A stretch of 63,920 nucleotides of DNA, filler included, from Dicyema japonicum (Eukaryota > Animalia > Dicyemida), in NCBI GenBank assembly GCA_011109175.1. It is 7 parts of 7 records of this genome, joined end to end, with 100 filler letters (N's around TTAATTAATTAA, not from the genome) between each part and the next. Parts side by side here need not be neighbours in the genome. Positions count along the whole stretch, not along the records: positions 32,762 to 47,574 come from RDEW01000118.1; positions 47,675 to 57,734 come from RDEW01000172.1; 5 more parts are not named here. One strand, given 5' to 3'. Numbering within the stretch: the first letter of the stretch is position 1; each line of letters begins with the position of its first letter. The notes beneath the pieces are model-generated. The model was not told the origin of the DNA and made no database searches. It was given only the letters and a program-made list of their open reading frames with translations. This document shows positions 36,790 to 49,439 of the stretch, in pieces. Made by a program: the position numbers and the translations under genes.

Positions 36790-38100
36790 TGGTTTTTTAA
36801 ATGACGGCTTTTCGTGGAGCAGTATCTTGGTTCCAGCTTCTCTCTGCTGGAAGGTCAATAAATGCTTGCGCTGTCGACTGTTCAATGAAATATATAAAAT
36901 TTAAAGGCAGGCCTGTGCAATACACTGCCAAGCCATCTCATTTACGAGAACATAAAACTATTTCCTTCACCACGGCAACAAAAATAATCAAATAACTTGT
37001 TCGATTAATATAATAAAACTGTTGTGAACTAATTCCCCAATCTTTTGAATTTTCACAGCAAGTTTGCACACTACTAAGCAGTAAGGATTGGCGTCAAATA
37101 TATACATCCTGTCAGGAGAAAGACCTCAATTGGAACTTAAATGAGATAAAAATGATGGAAAGTTGAAGATAGAAAATGACAGCTAAACTTGGGACGAGAT
37201 GACCCACAATCCGCTGGGGGACTATAATATTCGAATGTTTGACAGAACAATCAGAAAGAGCTGCCGGACTCCCACAAGTGCGGGTGTGACTAATCCGTGA
37301 ATGTGTGGAGTATGCTGAAGGGAATATCATTCGCTGGGCAAGTGCCTGAGTTGATGTACGTTATCTAGCAAAATACGGAAACTTTGTACTCATTGCAAGA
37401 CAGCCAAGTTCACTAATGAACAAGGGATTAGAATTTGGGGAGATATTGAATGAAGATTACATTTTTTAACTTTAAATAAAATAATACTTTCATAAACGTG
37501 TTATTGTTGTTGTTAGTATCTCTTAGTCGATATGCAGATAATTGTAAAGGGAGTTGAAAAATCATTTGTGGCCAATGTCGACCAGCAGGGCACAATTCAG
37601 GATCTAAAGGTCTGATTTAAAATTATATAATACTTCCAGAAATACCTTTCTTCTCATTATAAGCTTGATGGGTCTGAGCAGTGTTGTTCTCCAACAGTCA
37701 CGTGTATATTGACAATGACAAACTTTGCGAATATCCCACAAAATCGGTTAACCTGCTGCTAAAGTGCCATGGAGGTTTGAATGTGGTGGTTGGTAGATCA
37801 CAGGTCGTCAGCACGGATCACTCATGCACGTCGGAGAAGTGCGGAATCGGACTCCCAGGTGGACGCCAATTGTCATGTTTTAGATTCCAAAGGCAGAGAA
37901 GAAACGCAAAAAAACTGGTCGTTGTCACAGGAGAGAACAGTACAATAAAAGAGTCAAGTGCGTCAAGATTTCCACGATGAGAAGAGTGGGACCCAACTCT
38001 AATGCTAATAAAAATAATTCGAGTTTTTGGGAATTTTTGATTAATTTAATTGCCCTTTCTGATTGAGTTGGCAGTCTTGGGGGATGCTAGTAGATGAGCC
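36790..38100 (-). CDS. WDR34: WDR34/DYNC2I2-like WD40 dynein-2 intermediate chain (disrupted frame)
   Basis: HRGNLDALDSFI..LCLWNLKHDNWRP (cf. [23 protein letters not shown]), GTLAAG*PILWDIRK, SSTFHHFYL. Boundaries approximate. Confidence 0.5.
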
Positions 38101-39572
38101 GAGAAGAGCGGGTTCATTATTTGACTTGTAATCTTTCTCTGCATCCCACCAACTCCCGTTTTCATGAGTATGTCAGGAATCGCTTTTATTACATAGGAGT
38201 TACTTAAAGAACTAAATTCGGAGTAATCGCATTTGTATAAGGACCACTCCCTTGTATATCTATCGAAGTAATATTAGTCATACCATTAAAATTGGTAAAT
38301 GCCAATCATCACCTGAATCCACACCAACAAAAAGTAAAGAAATTAGGCATTTTTGCAAAGTTTACGACGAAAGAGAAGAATATGGGTTTCTACAAATAAA
38401 GACAGCATAAATGGACTTGGCCTATATATCATGTAATGTGCCCACCCGCAACTCTGCTTTACCCAAAAGATGTCCATTCTCATTCTGTGAGTAGTCTCGT
38501 GTGAGGAAATCTGGACGAGTTGGGAGTCTGACATGTCTATCGCAAGTTACAATAAATTACAAGATACCTACATCAGTTGAGTTTAGTAGATGGTTATAGA
38601 GGGATTGGGGAATAAACAAGTTACCGCAAATCTTTTCACTTGTGTTGGATCCCTCAAGTGGGAATAATTCCCCGAATAGAGAAAACAAACAAATGTAGGT
38701 CACCGACCTCGATATATGCATATCCGGTTGTTGTTCTTCACAGAGTGTCGTATTCACCCATGACTTGGAGGCAGCATTCTGGGAAAGTATTTCTGAGTCA
38801 AATTGTTTAAGGAACATTAAAGAGCATGCTTTCGGAAATATTCCTGGCTAACACAATTAATAAGGATTGCCAATCATCGAAAAATGACAGACACCAATGG
38901 GAGAGAACAGAGGACACACAAATTTTGATTCATTTAAAAACGCCCAAAGAATTTCCGCGAATGTAGCGATCGAAAGTCTCAAAAGAATCATTAAAAATCT
39001 ATCTTTCTATTCTAATTGATCAACACTAATTATTAATTATAAATTACTGAAATAATTAGTGGCGTCCTTTTGTTTAAATATAAAAGAATAAAATATTTGT
39101 GTGGTTGTGTTTGGGCATCGACTTAATTGATGGGCCTAATTGGGAAATTCAAAGTAGAGCCATGCATTGACGACCAAATGAGTTATTTCAATTCACTGAC
39201 AATATCCAAGACTGGTGTGTCAGAGTATATTCAATAGTCTCAATTATAGAACAGTCGCGGTGCTGTCGTGCAAAGTTACCAGCCAACGGGAATGTTCATT
39301 CTTTCCTCAGGCAGTCTCCTCTGGTAAGACTGGAGTTTGTCTGCATTTCTTCCCCCATGTAGTTGTGAGGAGTGGAGGGTTAGAGGAAATATTTAAGCAC
39401 CAAAATGGGGACGAGGTCATAATCGAGGACGTGGTGCTACAAAACGAGGACAGATTGTCGAATGCGCCATGCAAGTCAAGCTTGTAATAAATTGTAATCA
39501 TTTTGCTTTTATTGTAGGCTGAAGAATTCCGGGTGTCCACTGACGAGTTGTTGTTGTCGTTGTGAACAGAAT

Positions 39573-40020
39573 NCTTTCCATAGCGGTTTTCGTGAAGGAA
39601 GATCGTCTTCTGACATTGTTTTGAGCTATAGATGGCGATGCTTCACTACTCAAAAGTTCAAAAATACGACAAACATTCTCTGAATCGATATTTCAAGAGC
39701 TTTTGACTCGATCAATCGTCAAAAATTGATAGATGTCTTTGCAGAATTCCTTGACGAATCTTCTACTCGGATGATCAGGGCACTCTTATTAAAAATCGAT
39801 CTATCAGTCAGGGTACGAGACATTTGAAAAAACATCGGGAACACCTCAAGGAGATCTGTTATCTCCTATGCTTTTTATCATATATCTGTAAGCTGCAGTG
39901 AGAGAATTAGAACCATACTATGAAAGATGGATCAATATAGCAGCATACGCAAACTAAATGGATTTTGATATTTTTGACAGGAATTCTCTGGGTAGCCTAT
40001 TGGAGATGATGGCAAATAAA
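39573..40020 (+). mobile_element. Decayed RTE-like RT
   Basis: SGFREGRSSSDIV..IDISRAFDSINRQKLI..GTPQGDLLSPMLFIIYL* with stops. Confidence 0.75.
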
Positions 40021-40046
40021 TTCTCTGAGTGATTCCTCAATGTAAN

Positions 40047-40376
40047 CACCTTGATGATTCTATAAGTTCGGAAGAAAGGGCACGAAAACGAAGATATGCC
40101 AAAAAATTCAGTTTCGGCGAAAACGCCATCTACATTGCTAAAAATTGCTCAAAGTTGCGTTTCTTTAGTATCGAAGACGCTGAACTTAGGTTAAAATTCA
40201 TTGAATTTGCGTATGAAATGATTCTGGCTGACCAGTGCGACGATCGCGGAAATAAGGTAGTGGCCGACCTCTGCGGTCAGAAAAGATGTGAGGTCTTTTA
40301 TGTGCCTGGGTTGCGAGCCCTTGAGCCTGCCATAGTTGCTTCTCCCAACGTTTTAATTGATTCCCTTCAAATCTAA
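40047..40376 (+). mobile_element. Decayed gypsy/Ginger-like pre-integrase segment
   Basis: EERARKRRYAKKFSFGENAIY..LRFFSIEDAELRLKFIEFAY; remembered resemblance only. Confidence 0.35.
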
Positions 40377-41012
40377 ATGAGATTGTTGATTTTTATAGTT
40401 TGATTTTAGTAAATGACGTTCTAAGCAAGACTTTAGTGAAGAATCGACGAACTTTTAGAAAAATTAAAAATAGTCGCAACTCGCAGAAGAGAAGGTTATA
40501 TCATTAAGGGAGTAAGTCGACTACAATCAAGACAGGAAAGATAGAGACTGAGTGGAATTTTGTGTGTGGCCAATCCCAGTAATGTCTCACACATTCCATG
40601 ATTTGGACGTCAGGGAGTTGTTCATGGTGAGAATCAACCAATTCAATTCAAGTTCATGGCTTTTCAACATAAGTTCATGGAAACTAATTTTTGCACAGGT
40701 GAGTTAAGCGAGCACCTCTTCAACATACTTGTGATCAGCAGCTTCTCTTTCTTGACTTCTTGTTTTATTTCATTGGAAAGTGAATTGTATTGAGATTCTG
40801 ATTTAAGAAGAAAAATTAGTTTCAGATCCTCCACGAACTTGAATTTGTTGCTTCTCACCATGGCATGGTCGCTGAACACAGAAATGGCACGGAGGTTGAC
40901 AACTACCAANNNNNNNNNNNNNNNNNNNNNNNNNNNNNNNNNNNNNNNNNNNNNNNNNNNNNNNNNNNNNNNNNNNNNNNNNNNNNNNNNNNNNNNNNNN
41001 NNNNNNNNNNNN

Positions 41013-41345
41013 AAGACTTGGCCAAGACCTTAGCCATAACCCTCAAAAGCAGACCTGGAGGGGGAAGATGAGGTACTTTAGGGCCTCGTACTGTGCATAG
41101 CTGCTGACAATATTGGAGAGAGAACAGAGAGAATATTTGTACAGTTGTGCTCCTCCATTCCGTTCGTTCAGAAAAATAATTGTATAAATCGACCCGAATA
41201 GAAATGGGAATATTTTGTTAATAAAAACAAGGAATTGCACGTTTTCAAACTTTTTTGTATCAGAATAATTTGTAAGTGGTTGGCTTGCAGATTCGTAGTT
41301 GTGAGTTATTATTGTCTCCTGCATGAGCCCCCATATTAAATAGGA
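41013..41345 (-). CDS. SLC35B2: PAPS transporter 1 (SLC35B2/slalom), N-terminal part; cut by gap
   Basis: IWGLMQETIIT..KFENVQFLVFINK..GAQLYKYSLCSLSNIVSSYAQYEALKYLIFPLQ|VLAKS with a 26-nt intron. Confidence 0.85.
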
Positions 41346-42416
41346 AATCTAATTAATTAATATTTAATTAGTTCACTATTAATCCAAAACTGCAGATAAT
41401 AAAATTTTTTATTGAATTTTTTTGTTCGCTTTGTGTGTCATATTGATCCACAATTTTCTCGGCCAGAATGGGCTTTTCGTATTCTGAATTTATAAATTCA
41501 ATACATTTTCCAAAAAATTTAATTTCTGAATTTTTTATATTTTATTTTTTACTAGTCAGATTATATTTTTTAGATAAATATGAGATTATTAGCAATGGAG
41601 ATAAAAACAATAAATACTCCACTAGTTTTACACAAAGTTGTCCCAGTGACAACAAAGATTGATCCATTTAAAATTCTTTTATACATATTTTAAAAAATTA
41701 ATATTTTAAATATTTTATTTATATTAAATTTATTATTAAATGAATTTTTTTTAACGTATCAAGAATATCCTACAAAACGTGAAAGCGACGTGTTTTGACT
41801 ATCTTTCCCTAATTGTCAATTATATTTTGACTTTCAGTTAAAAAAATATATTTTTTAATATATATTATAAATTAATTAATATATTTAAATATTATAAATT
41901 AATTATTTAAATATTTGATTGATGTGGGACGTTCAATGTCGAGAAATAAGATATATATAAACGAACTAAAGAAATCATTAGATTTAACGAAATGCCTTAA
42001 AGTAATAAACATGAACTGATGTAGTACATGCAAGTAATGGTCTCAGAAAACATAGAAAGCACAATGAGGGCTTTAATAAAAGAAGAAATGCTTATTTGCG
42101 GAGTAGAAATGGTGGCCTTCTCCCATTCAGGAGCACATCAGGTCATTCAATGGCAAAGGAAGACTCCCCTCGAATATCGACAAACATACAATGTTCTTCA
42201 TGTTGATTATACTTATTAGGAACTCAAATGGGGCTATAAATTGGAGGATTTTGTTCTTGTATATTTTAATTTGACCGACTTTTGTGATATTATAAATAAC
42301 AACAACGAGGTCGAAATCATTGTTGAACAATTTAAATANAAATGAACAACAAGCAGGTCCCCAACTCACATGATGAGGTCCTTTAAACCTTCCCTAAAAA
42401 GTTCCTAAAAAGTTTC

Positions 42417-43100
42417 TTGTTTTCAGAAATGTTAGTTTTTCAAGACATGAATTGCGTCTTCAACCAAAAGGAAATTCTTTACTTATCTTCTTTACTTGAT
42501 TACGAAAATACAGGAGAGTTTAATTACAATCAGTGTGAAAATGGATTTTCTTTAATAAAATATGAGATAATCAAATTATTTTTAGTTATTTTTACGGAAA
42601 CGTATTGCTTGAAAAAATTGGATCTTCTAAAAAAGAGTTAACTTCTAAAATTGTATCATCTTCTCACAAGGAGCTTAAGCCTTGTGAAAAATGTGGGATT
42701 CTAGTTCAAATTGAAAAATTAAATAATGCACAGTTATTTTTAAGGTTGAAGGATTTTTAGATATATCAACTTAAAATGTATCCTTGTGACATTTGCAGAT
42801 ATTGAATCTCCATTTCACCACATAATTAGTGCGTTGCCTACATACTCAACTATACAATACGTAATATCGAAAATTGTGGAAGATTTAAATTTGTCCAGCA
42901 TTAAACTTTTAATATACAGCGACCTTTCAAAGTCTAACATACTTGGTACGAGTTTAACAATCTCTGACTGTGGGTTAATTGGAGGAAGTTTCTTTTATCC
43001 AACCGAGTATACGTTATTTTACGACTTTGATGTTCCCTTCATCGAATGCCCAATAGTAAATTATATGATTGGATGGGAACTAAATAATAATAATTTTTAA
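42417..43100 (+). CDS. Unidentified gene with CxxC motifs and a possible ubiquitin-like C-terminal exon
   Basis: KPCEKCGILVQIEK and YPCDIC fragments. ORF 42786-43100 ..TYSTIQYVISKI..LLIY..SLTISDCGLIGGS has a UBL-like pattern. Gene model not resolved. Confidence 0.3.
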
Positions 43101-43132
43101 TTTCAATTTTTGTCATCGTTTATATTTTTTAA

Positions 43133-44530
43133 TTGGGTTTGTTATTGTTTGCCCTTGCCGTGGATTCTATTGCCAGGCTAAATGAATCACCTCTAAATCT
43201 TTGGTATCTCGACGATTGTACCTTGGGCGGTCCGCCTGATGTTCTGTTGAGGGACCTAGCTTCTCTTAGTCCGGCGTTATCCAACATTGGTCTGGTCATT
43301 AACTCCAGCAAGTCTGAGATTGTCAATCTTTCTGTCGAGCCATCCCTGTTTAAAGACTACTTTTCTTGTTTCTGTGGATTCTTTTCTCGGTTGAGACTGA
43401 CACCTCTGTCTGATCTGGAAATTTTGGGGTTTCTGATTCTCGCAGACTCAGCTACACGAATCCTTCTCACTAAGAAGAATCTTATCGCATCCCTTTGTGA
43501 AAAACTTACTGTCATTGATCCTCACCCTTCATTCTACATCCTCAAGAACTATCTCTTGATCCCAAAAATCATCTATATCCTGAGAAGCTCCCCTTGTTTC
43601 TATGTTACGCACGTTCTGGGATCTTCTGATTCCTTGGTTCGGAGTTCTGCGGAGAAACTTCTTAATATACATTTCGATGATATTGGTTAGTGTCAGGTTA
43701 AACTTCCTGTGAGTCACGGAGGTCTGGGCCTCCGTTCCAGTCTTGATTTGGCTCTTCCCGCCTTTCTTTCTTCGGCTTCTGGATCATATCTTATTGTCCA
43801 AAAGATTCTGGAAAAAACTACTGAATCATCATTGGACTCTGATATTTATCAGGCCCTTGCACTATGGAAACAAACTCATTCTGAACTCCCCTCCGATGTC
43901 ACTTCCCAGCGGGATTGGGACGAAATTTTTTTCCGTCGATCTTCAGCTCACTTGGAACCGCTCCTCGACCAACACAGACTGGCCTGTTTCCGTACCGCCT
44001 GTCAGCCATACTCAGGCTCCTGGCTTAACGTTCTCCCTTCTCCGCTTTTGGATACTGTCCTCGATAGGGACTCACTCCGTTTGGGTATCTGCAATCGCCT
44101 CGGACTTCCTGTTTGCAGACCTCACCCTTTCCGTTGTGGTGATAAAGTTGACGCCTTTGGGCTCCATCCTCTCTCTTGCAGAATGAGTGCCGGCCGATTT
44201 CCTCGGCACACTGAAATCAACAGAATAATCCACAAAGCCCTGGAAAAGGCAGGTTTCCCCTCTGTTCTTGAACCGACGGGTCTTGTCCTTGAAGAGGCAA
44301 AACGTCCCGACGGCTGTACGCTATTCGCTTTCGAATCCGGGAAGCAGCTTGTTTGGGACGTCACTTGTGCTGACTCTTTCGCAAAGGGAGCCATGAATTC
44401 CACCGCTTGTCGGCCTGGTTCGTCTGCCGAGAAGGCTGAATCCATGAAACTGTCGAAGTACAGTCATTTCTGCGAGCGCTTCTGCTTCTGGGCTGTTGCC
44501 GTCGAGACGAGCCGGTTTTGTCTGATGTTC
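43133..44530 (+). mobile_element. CRE-clade (RLE) non-LTR retrotransposon, truncated at both ends
   Basis: LLFALAV..LWYLDDCTLGG (RT); one in-frame TAG at 43688-43690; GGLGLR, CRCG-like CRPHPFRCG..HPLSC..RH..RPDG..WDVTC (zinc knuckle and RLE). Confidence 0.88.
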
Positions 44531-44599
44531 GATTAATTAGAAACTTACACATATTGTTTCCATTTTGTATATTTAAAATTTTTGATTTAATTCCTATTT

Positions 44600-45040
44600 A
44601 TTCACAGAAATGTATAATTAACAGATTTCTTGAAAGATATCAAGCGGAAGATTGTGTCTTGGAATTGACCTGACCAGAGCTTTCGACACTGTCCGTCGGG
44701 GAAAACTCATTGAAGTGCTTGAAAGTTTTCTGGATAAGGACTCGGTTATTCTGATACGGATACTCTTATCAAACACGAGGTTACGAGTGCGTATCAGAAA
44801 ATGTTTGTCACGGGAAATTATTTCAACAGTGGGCACACCCCAAGGAGATTTCCTTTCCCCAGTATTGTTTGCAATATACCTTGAATCGGCTCTGCAAGAC
44901 CTCCGGAAGTATTACAACTATGATTTTAAGGAGATCGTGTATGCCGATGATGTCGACGTTATCTCGACTGGCACTTGGCATCGGACAGGAGGGGATGGGA
45001 AAGGCTAATTGAAAGGATTGTTCAGACGCGGCACAAATAG
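44600..45040 (+). mobile_element. RTE-like LINE, RT fragment fused directly to the 3' end
   Basis: GIDLTRAFDTVRR..GTPQGDFLSPVLFAIYLE..YADDV, then SDRRGWERLIERIV. Confidence 0.8.
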
Positions 45041-45059
45041 TATTATAGTTTATATGATC

Positions 45060-45340
45060 CTATGTAGTTAAGACTGTGTCTGAGAACTGACTGAATTTCG
45101 TTACTGTTGGCGAAAGCAAGCACATTGGATAAGTGATCAAGAGCACCCTTTTGGTTTCCTTAAAAATGATTTTGAGTTGATTGATTTGCCTCCAAACAAG
45201 CTTCTCAGAGCTGGATTTCGTCAAAACAGAATTTCTAGTGTTTGCTTCAACACCACTGATTGTATGTAGGTCCGAATTCTTTTTCAATAGATAAGTGTCA
45301 ATATAGCTCTTAAAAAACATGAAGACTACCAAATCCCATA
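45060..45340 (-). pseudogene. TOMM20: TOM20-like mitochondrial import receptor remnant
   Basis: KFCFDEIQL*EACLE..GNQKGALDHLSNVLAFANSNEIQSVLRHSL (cf. FFLEEIQLGEELLAQGEYEKGVDHLTNAIA). TGA at 45205-45207 plus frameshift. Confidence 0.45.
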
Positions 45341-46855
45341 GTTGAATTATTTTGACCTATGAGTCACAGAGGTCTTCAGCCAAAAAGTCGTACTTCATCA
45401 TTTTGTGAAGATATAATTGAATGTACTTCGTATCCTTTATATTTCTTAACTTGGCTGATTCTATACTTTCTACAGATATGGAAGTGAATGCAGCTCATCA
45501 CCTCGTTATTTCTTCTGACATGATCGCTGTTAACCATTTTTCAACATTGCCAAAGACTCATATTTTTTTGTTCTCATAGAGTGGTTGCACAATGCTACCT
45601 TGGTTGAAGAAAACAGATTTCTATTTGATGGTAGACAATATAATGCTTTTTTTCCAAAGCCAACCTCTGATCTATCAAGCATTTGAATAGTAGAGAATGC
45701 ACTGGCTTAATTTAATTCTTTTCATTAAACGATCAAAGGATTTCTAAGCAGTTTTTGTCTGAGAGCAGTTTTTGTCTGAGACTTAACACCGATATTTTCT
45801 TTGTCTTCAATTTCTGATTTCGAATCTAGAAATCTTTTGATCGTTGATAATTTTCGACTCAAGGCGCCCAAAAACTGAAATAACATCAATTTACTTTTGA
45901 AGACAATTGACTTTAATTTTCTTTCAAGATTTTTTAAATAACACATATTCAGAGTTTGGTTTTGTTTTGCAAAAATTAATTATTCTTCTAATACTAATTC
46001 ATAACAATCGAAAAAAATTCAATTCGAAAATCGAACTTATAAAAAGTAAAAAAGACACGATTTTTAAAAGAAATCTATACTAGTGCTTGAGTGATTAAAA
46101 ATTAATAAAAATGAGTGTGTCTGGATTGAAAATATGTCAGATTATTGCGTATTTAGATATTAATCTGAGATGGTTCTAAATCAATTGTAGCAATGAATGT
46201 ATTTGTTTTGAACATTTGGTTAGTTTTTCTTACTATACGAAGAATAACAAACTGAGAATAGCGAGAACCAATAAAAAAAAATAAAGACGAATATTAACAA
46301 CAAGCAGGTAATAAATTACCATAAAAGAAAACTTCATAATTTATTGAGTGGAAATAATCACCGATTTATGTTAGGTTCAATTAATTATTTCTCACAATAA
46401 ATATTTTAGTTGCCAAAAGTCAATTTAAAAAAGGTCTAGCTCGAAAAGCCGTCAAATAATCGTTTTGAAAACAGAAAACTATACTAAGGTTTTCCAATAA
46501 AATTAAATGAATCTAATGAAAACGTGGTTAAAATTAATTAGTTTATTTTAAATATTTAACTTTAAAATAATATAAAAATAAGAATTAAGCTTATAAAAAT
46601 TATAAATTATGGAAAAACATAATAATATGTTTTTAATTAAATAAAATATACATTTGAAACCACTGCTCAATTTTCTGGTGTGTTACATTTAATTATTTTA
46701 TTCTATAATTTAAACTTCATATATTGTTAAAATTATAGAGTTTTATTAATTATTTATTATATATTTGTTTTAATCACTTATTAAAATAATAAATAATGTT
46801 TCAAATATAGTCTATCGATCAGAATTCTCCTAAACAAGGCATTTTTATACTTCCA

Positions 46856-47574
46856 ATGAAAAATGATGCTTTTGAGAAAAGAAAAACGAGCAAGGTATTT
46901 GAAGATTCGTCTCCAGTCCGACCTATTCTTTCAAAGAAACATGTTTATTCCGAAAGACTAGTTCCTACAGCTGAACCATCAGAGTCCATAGATTGGTATT
47001 CAAACGATGATTTTCCCGATTTATCCGAAACAGTTGATGAAAACTGCGAATACGCAAATAATCAAGTTTTCCAGGAACTTTTGGCCAATGAATCAATAAA
47101 CCGTTCTCAAGTAACAACACCTCGGAGCAGAGCCGGAATGCTCGAGGAAACGACAAACTACTTCAAGTTCAAACGTGATCGGAAAAATACTCAGCACTCA
47201 TTAATTCACAAATGTGATTATATTTCTTGGAATTTTTTGGCGCTCACTGAAAAAAGTCGACGTTTGCTTGAAAGTGCTATTGAAAAGCCGCGAAAAATTC
47301 CAAAATCGCCTTACAAGACTTTGGACGCCCCCGATCTTAAGGATGACTTTTATCTCAGCCTTGTTGATTGGTCTCCGTTTGATAATTTGGCTGTGGGACT
47401 TGGAAGTGCAGTTTACATTTGGAATTCAAAGAGCTCTGCAGTTATGAAACTTTGTGAGTTGGACTCCCCAGAGACAGTCGCCGCAGTTTCTTGTTCTCCT
47501 GTCGAAAATGTGGTTGCTGTGTCCACAAATCAGGGGAGAATATCAATATATTCTATGGAAGAGGCACGTGAACT
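46856..47574 (+). CDS. FZR1: Fizzy-related/Cdh1 APC/C co-activator, 5' half; cut by spacer
   Basis: RKIPKSPYKTLDAPDLKDDFYLSLVDWS..LAVGLGSAVYIWN..KLCEL (FZR1-type rather than CDC20-type). Confidence 0.88.
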
Positions 47575-47674
47575 NNNNNNNNNNNNNNNNNNNNNNNNNN
47601 NNNNNNNNNNNNNNNNNNTTAATTAATTAANNNNNNNNNNNNNNNNNNNNNNNNNNNNNNNNNNNNNNNNNNNN
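47575..47674. other. Artificial scaffold spacer
   Basis: N-TTAATTAATTAA(47619-47630)-N. Confidence 0.97.
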
Positions 47675-48539
47675 AGAATCGGAAGTACGCTCTTCTTGCA
47701 AAAGAATTGAAAATAATGCATCGGTCAAAATCCATGTTATTTCTTATGACATGGGATTGTATCGCCACTAACCCTATATCCATGCATATATACAAGGAAC
47801 TTTGCTCAAGTGAACATGGAGAGTGTATCACTTGACGCACGTGGTGGGAATTCTATTGTGCAACCTACAATGCAAGAGAATATTGGTAGAATTTGAAAAA
47901 AATCTAAAAAAGGCACGTGAAATAAGATAGTTTGTCTGAATTGTTCTTTTTGGATAATAAAAGTTTACTAATTTAAACTGAGTCTTTAGATTATCGAATA
48001 ATTTATAAGTAACAACAAACTGATTCCTCTTTTTGAGGTTCAAAGACAACAAAAGGAAAAAAATAGTATAGATGGTGATTTCACACAGGAAATAACTTCG
48101 GTCTCTCTAAGGACTAAAGTGGTCAATGCGGATGTTTATAAAAATAGAGGGATGAAGTCCCCACAGCTGGTAACGCAATATAAATCAACCTTCAGATCTA
48201 AGGAGATGTACATGTTGATGTGATAAAGTTGATGACGAAGGATATTTGTTGTCATAATATTCACATGGGTGGCTTGATTGATGCCTATGGGCATCCTGTT
48301 TTTTTTACGTGTTTCCATGGTAACAAGAAATCAGTTGCTAGATTTAACAAAGAAGTTATTTATTTTTTTAATATAAAAAAAAAAATTTAACAATTAAACA
48401 AATATCAGTTGAGGAAGCCTGCTGCGTGGATTGCGAACGAGTTCCTCGGAGTATGGCTATTCCAATCTTTGTCTTAGCCATAACCCTTCTCGTTGATCCC
48501 TTTTCTTTCTGGCAAGCAATCCTCCGAGTTCTCAGCCGT

Positions 48540-49080
48540 CATTGGACCAAACGGCTCCCGATAATTCGGTCGCAACAGGAGTAAATCGGTTAGCGATCCC
48601 CGAGACAAGAATATTTCTTGATTTTTAAATTCTCCGCAGTCGAAGCAGCTGCTCCAGGTGTCTGAACCGATTTAAAAATGTTTGTGCTTGAGAACGTGTC
48701 TATGCAAGTTGCGTCCCAGACCAAAGATCTTCCAGACGTGAAGGGGAAAGGGGTCATCCCGTCAGGTCTCTTCCCATCTCCTCGATCAAGACCCACTGGT
48801 TCAAGCTGTGCTGGGAAGCCTGAAGCCTTCAGAGCTCTGACGATCACATCATTCATCAGAGCAGCATGACGTGGTCCCCTTCCGGCGCTTCTTCTGCAGG
48901 ACAGCGGTGCAATCCTTTCGCATCGACTGTTTTCCCGCATCGGCATCGGTGCTCCTGGCAAACGTCTAGTCCCAGCCTTTTCCGATTCCAATCCTTAAAG
49001 TATCGTCGTCCAAAAAGTCCCGAGGTTTGGGCAAGGTATTGCACCAAGCCATGCTCCACTTGAAGCTGACACTAAACAAG
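48540..49080 (-). mobile_element. CRE-clade RLE fragment (second family); copy at about 50790-51360
   Basis: [49 protein letters not shown]. Confidence 0.88.
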
Positions 49081-49127
49081 CCAGACGATGTTGATTTGCT
49101 TCTTTTTTAAGGTCTTCCAAAATTTTG

Positions 49128-49368
49128 ATATACCCATCCTCCCACTCATGTGGATTACATTACTTAGACAGTGGTTCTAAAATATAAGACTCGATTATTT
49201 ATCAGTCTTTAATTATTCATGACAATGAGCTCCTCGAGGACCATCGCCCCCTGATCACAAAAATCACCCCCCTGACAAAAAAAATCGCCCGAAAGGGGGC
49301 GATTCGCCCCTCGTTGAGAACCACTGGTCTAAGTAATGTAATCCACATGAGTGGGAGGATGGGTATAT
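49128..49368. mobile_element. Element bounded by ~51-bp inverted repeats whose inner part is a hAT-type TIR; copy at 51405-51644
   Basis: ATATACCCATCCTCCCACTCATGTGGATTACATTACTTAGA(C)CAGTGGTTCT and its reverse complement at 49317-49368. Inner CAGTGGTTCT / GTTGAGAACCACTG. Confidence 0.8.
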
Positions 49369-49439
49369 GATGCTTAAATTTGAGTCTAAAGCAGCAATAT
49401 ATGAGAACATGACAATCCTAGGAGTCAAAACAAACCCAC

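Noticed and set aside
38557-38817. Cyclin-box-like ORF (W..TLCEEQ)
   Set aside because: Similarity too weak; the LDRF and LG..C..A.K motifs are absent.
22558-45207. Stop-codon reassignment suggested by in-frame TAG/TGA in the helicase, CRE and TOM20-like sequences
   Set aside because: All three stops terminate well-supported genes (TAG KPNB1, TGA LRR gene and HPRT, TAA PRPS); decay or error is simpler.
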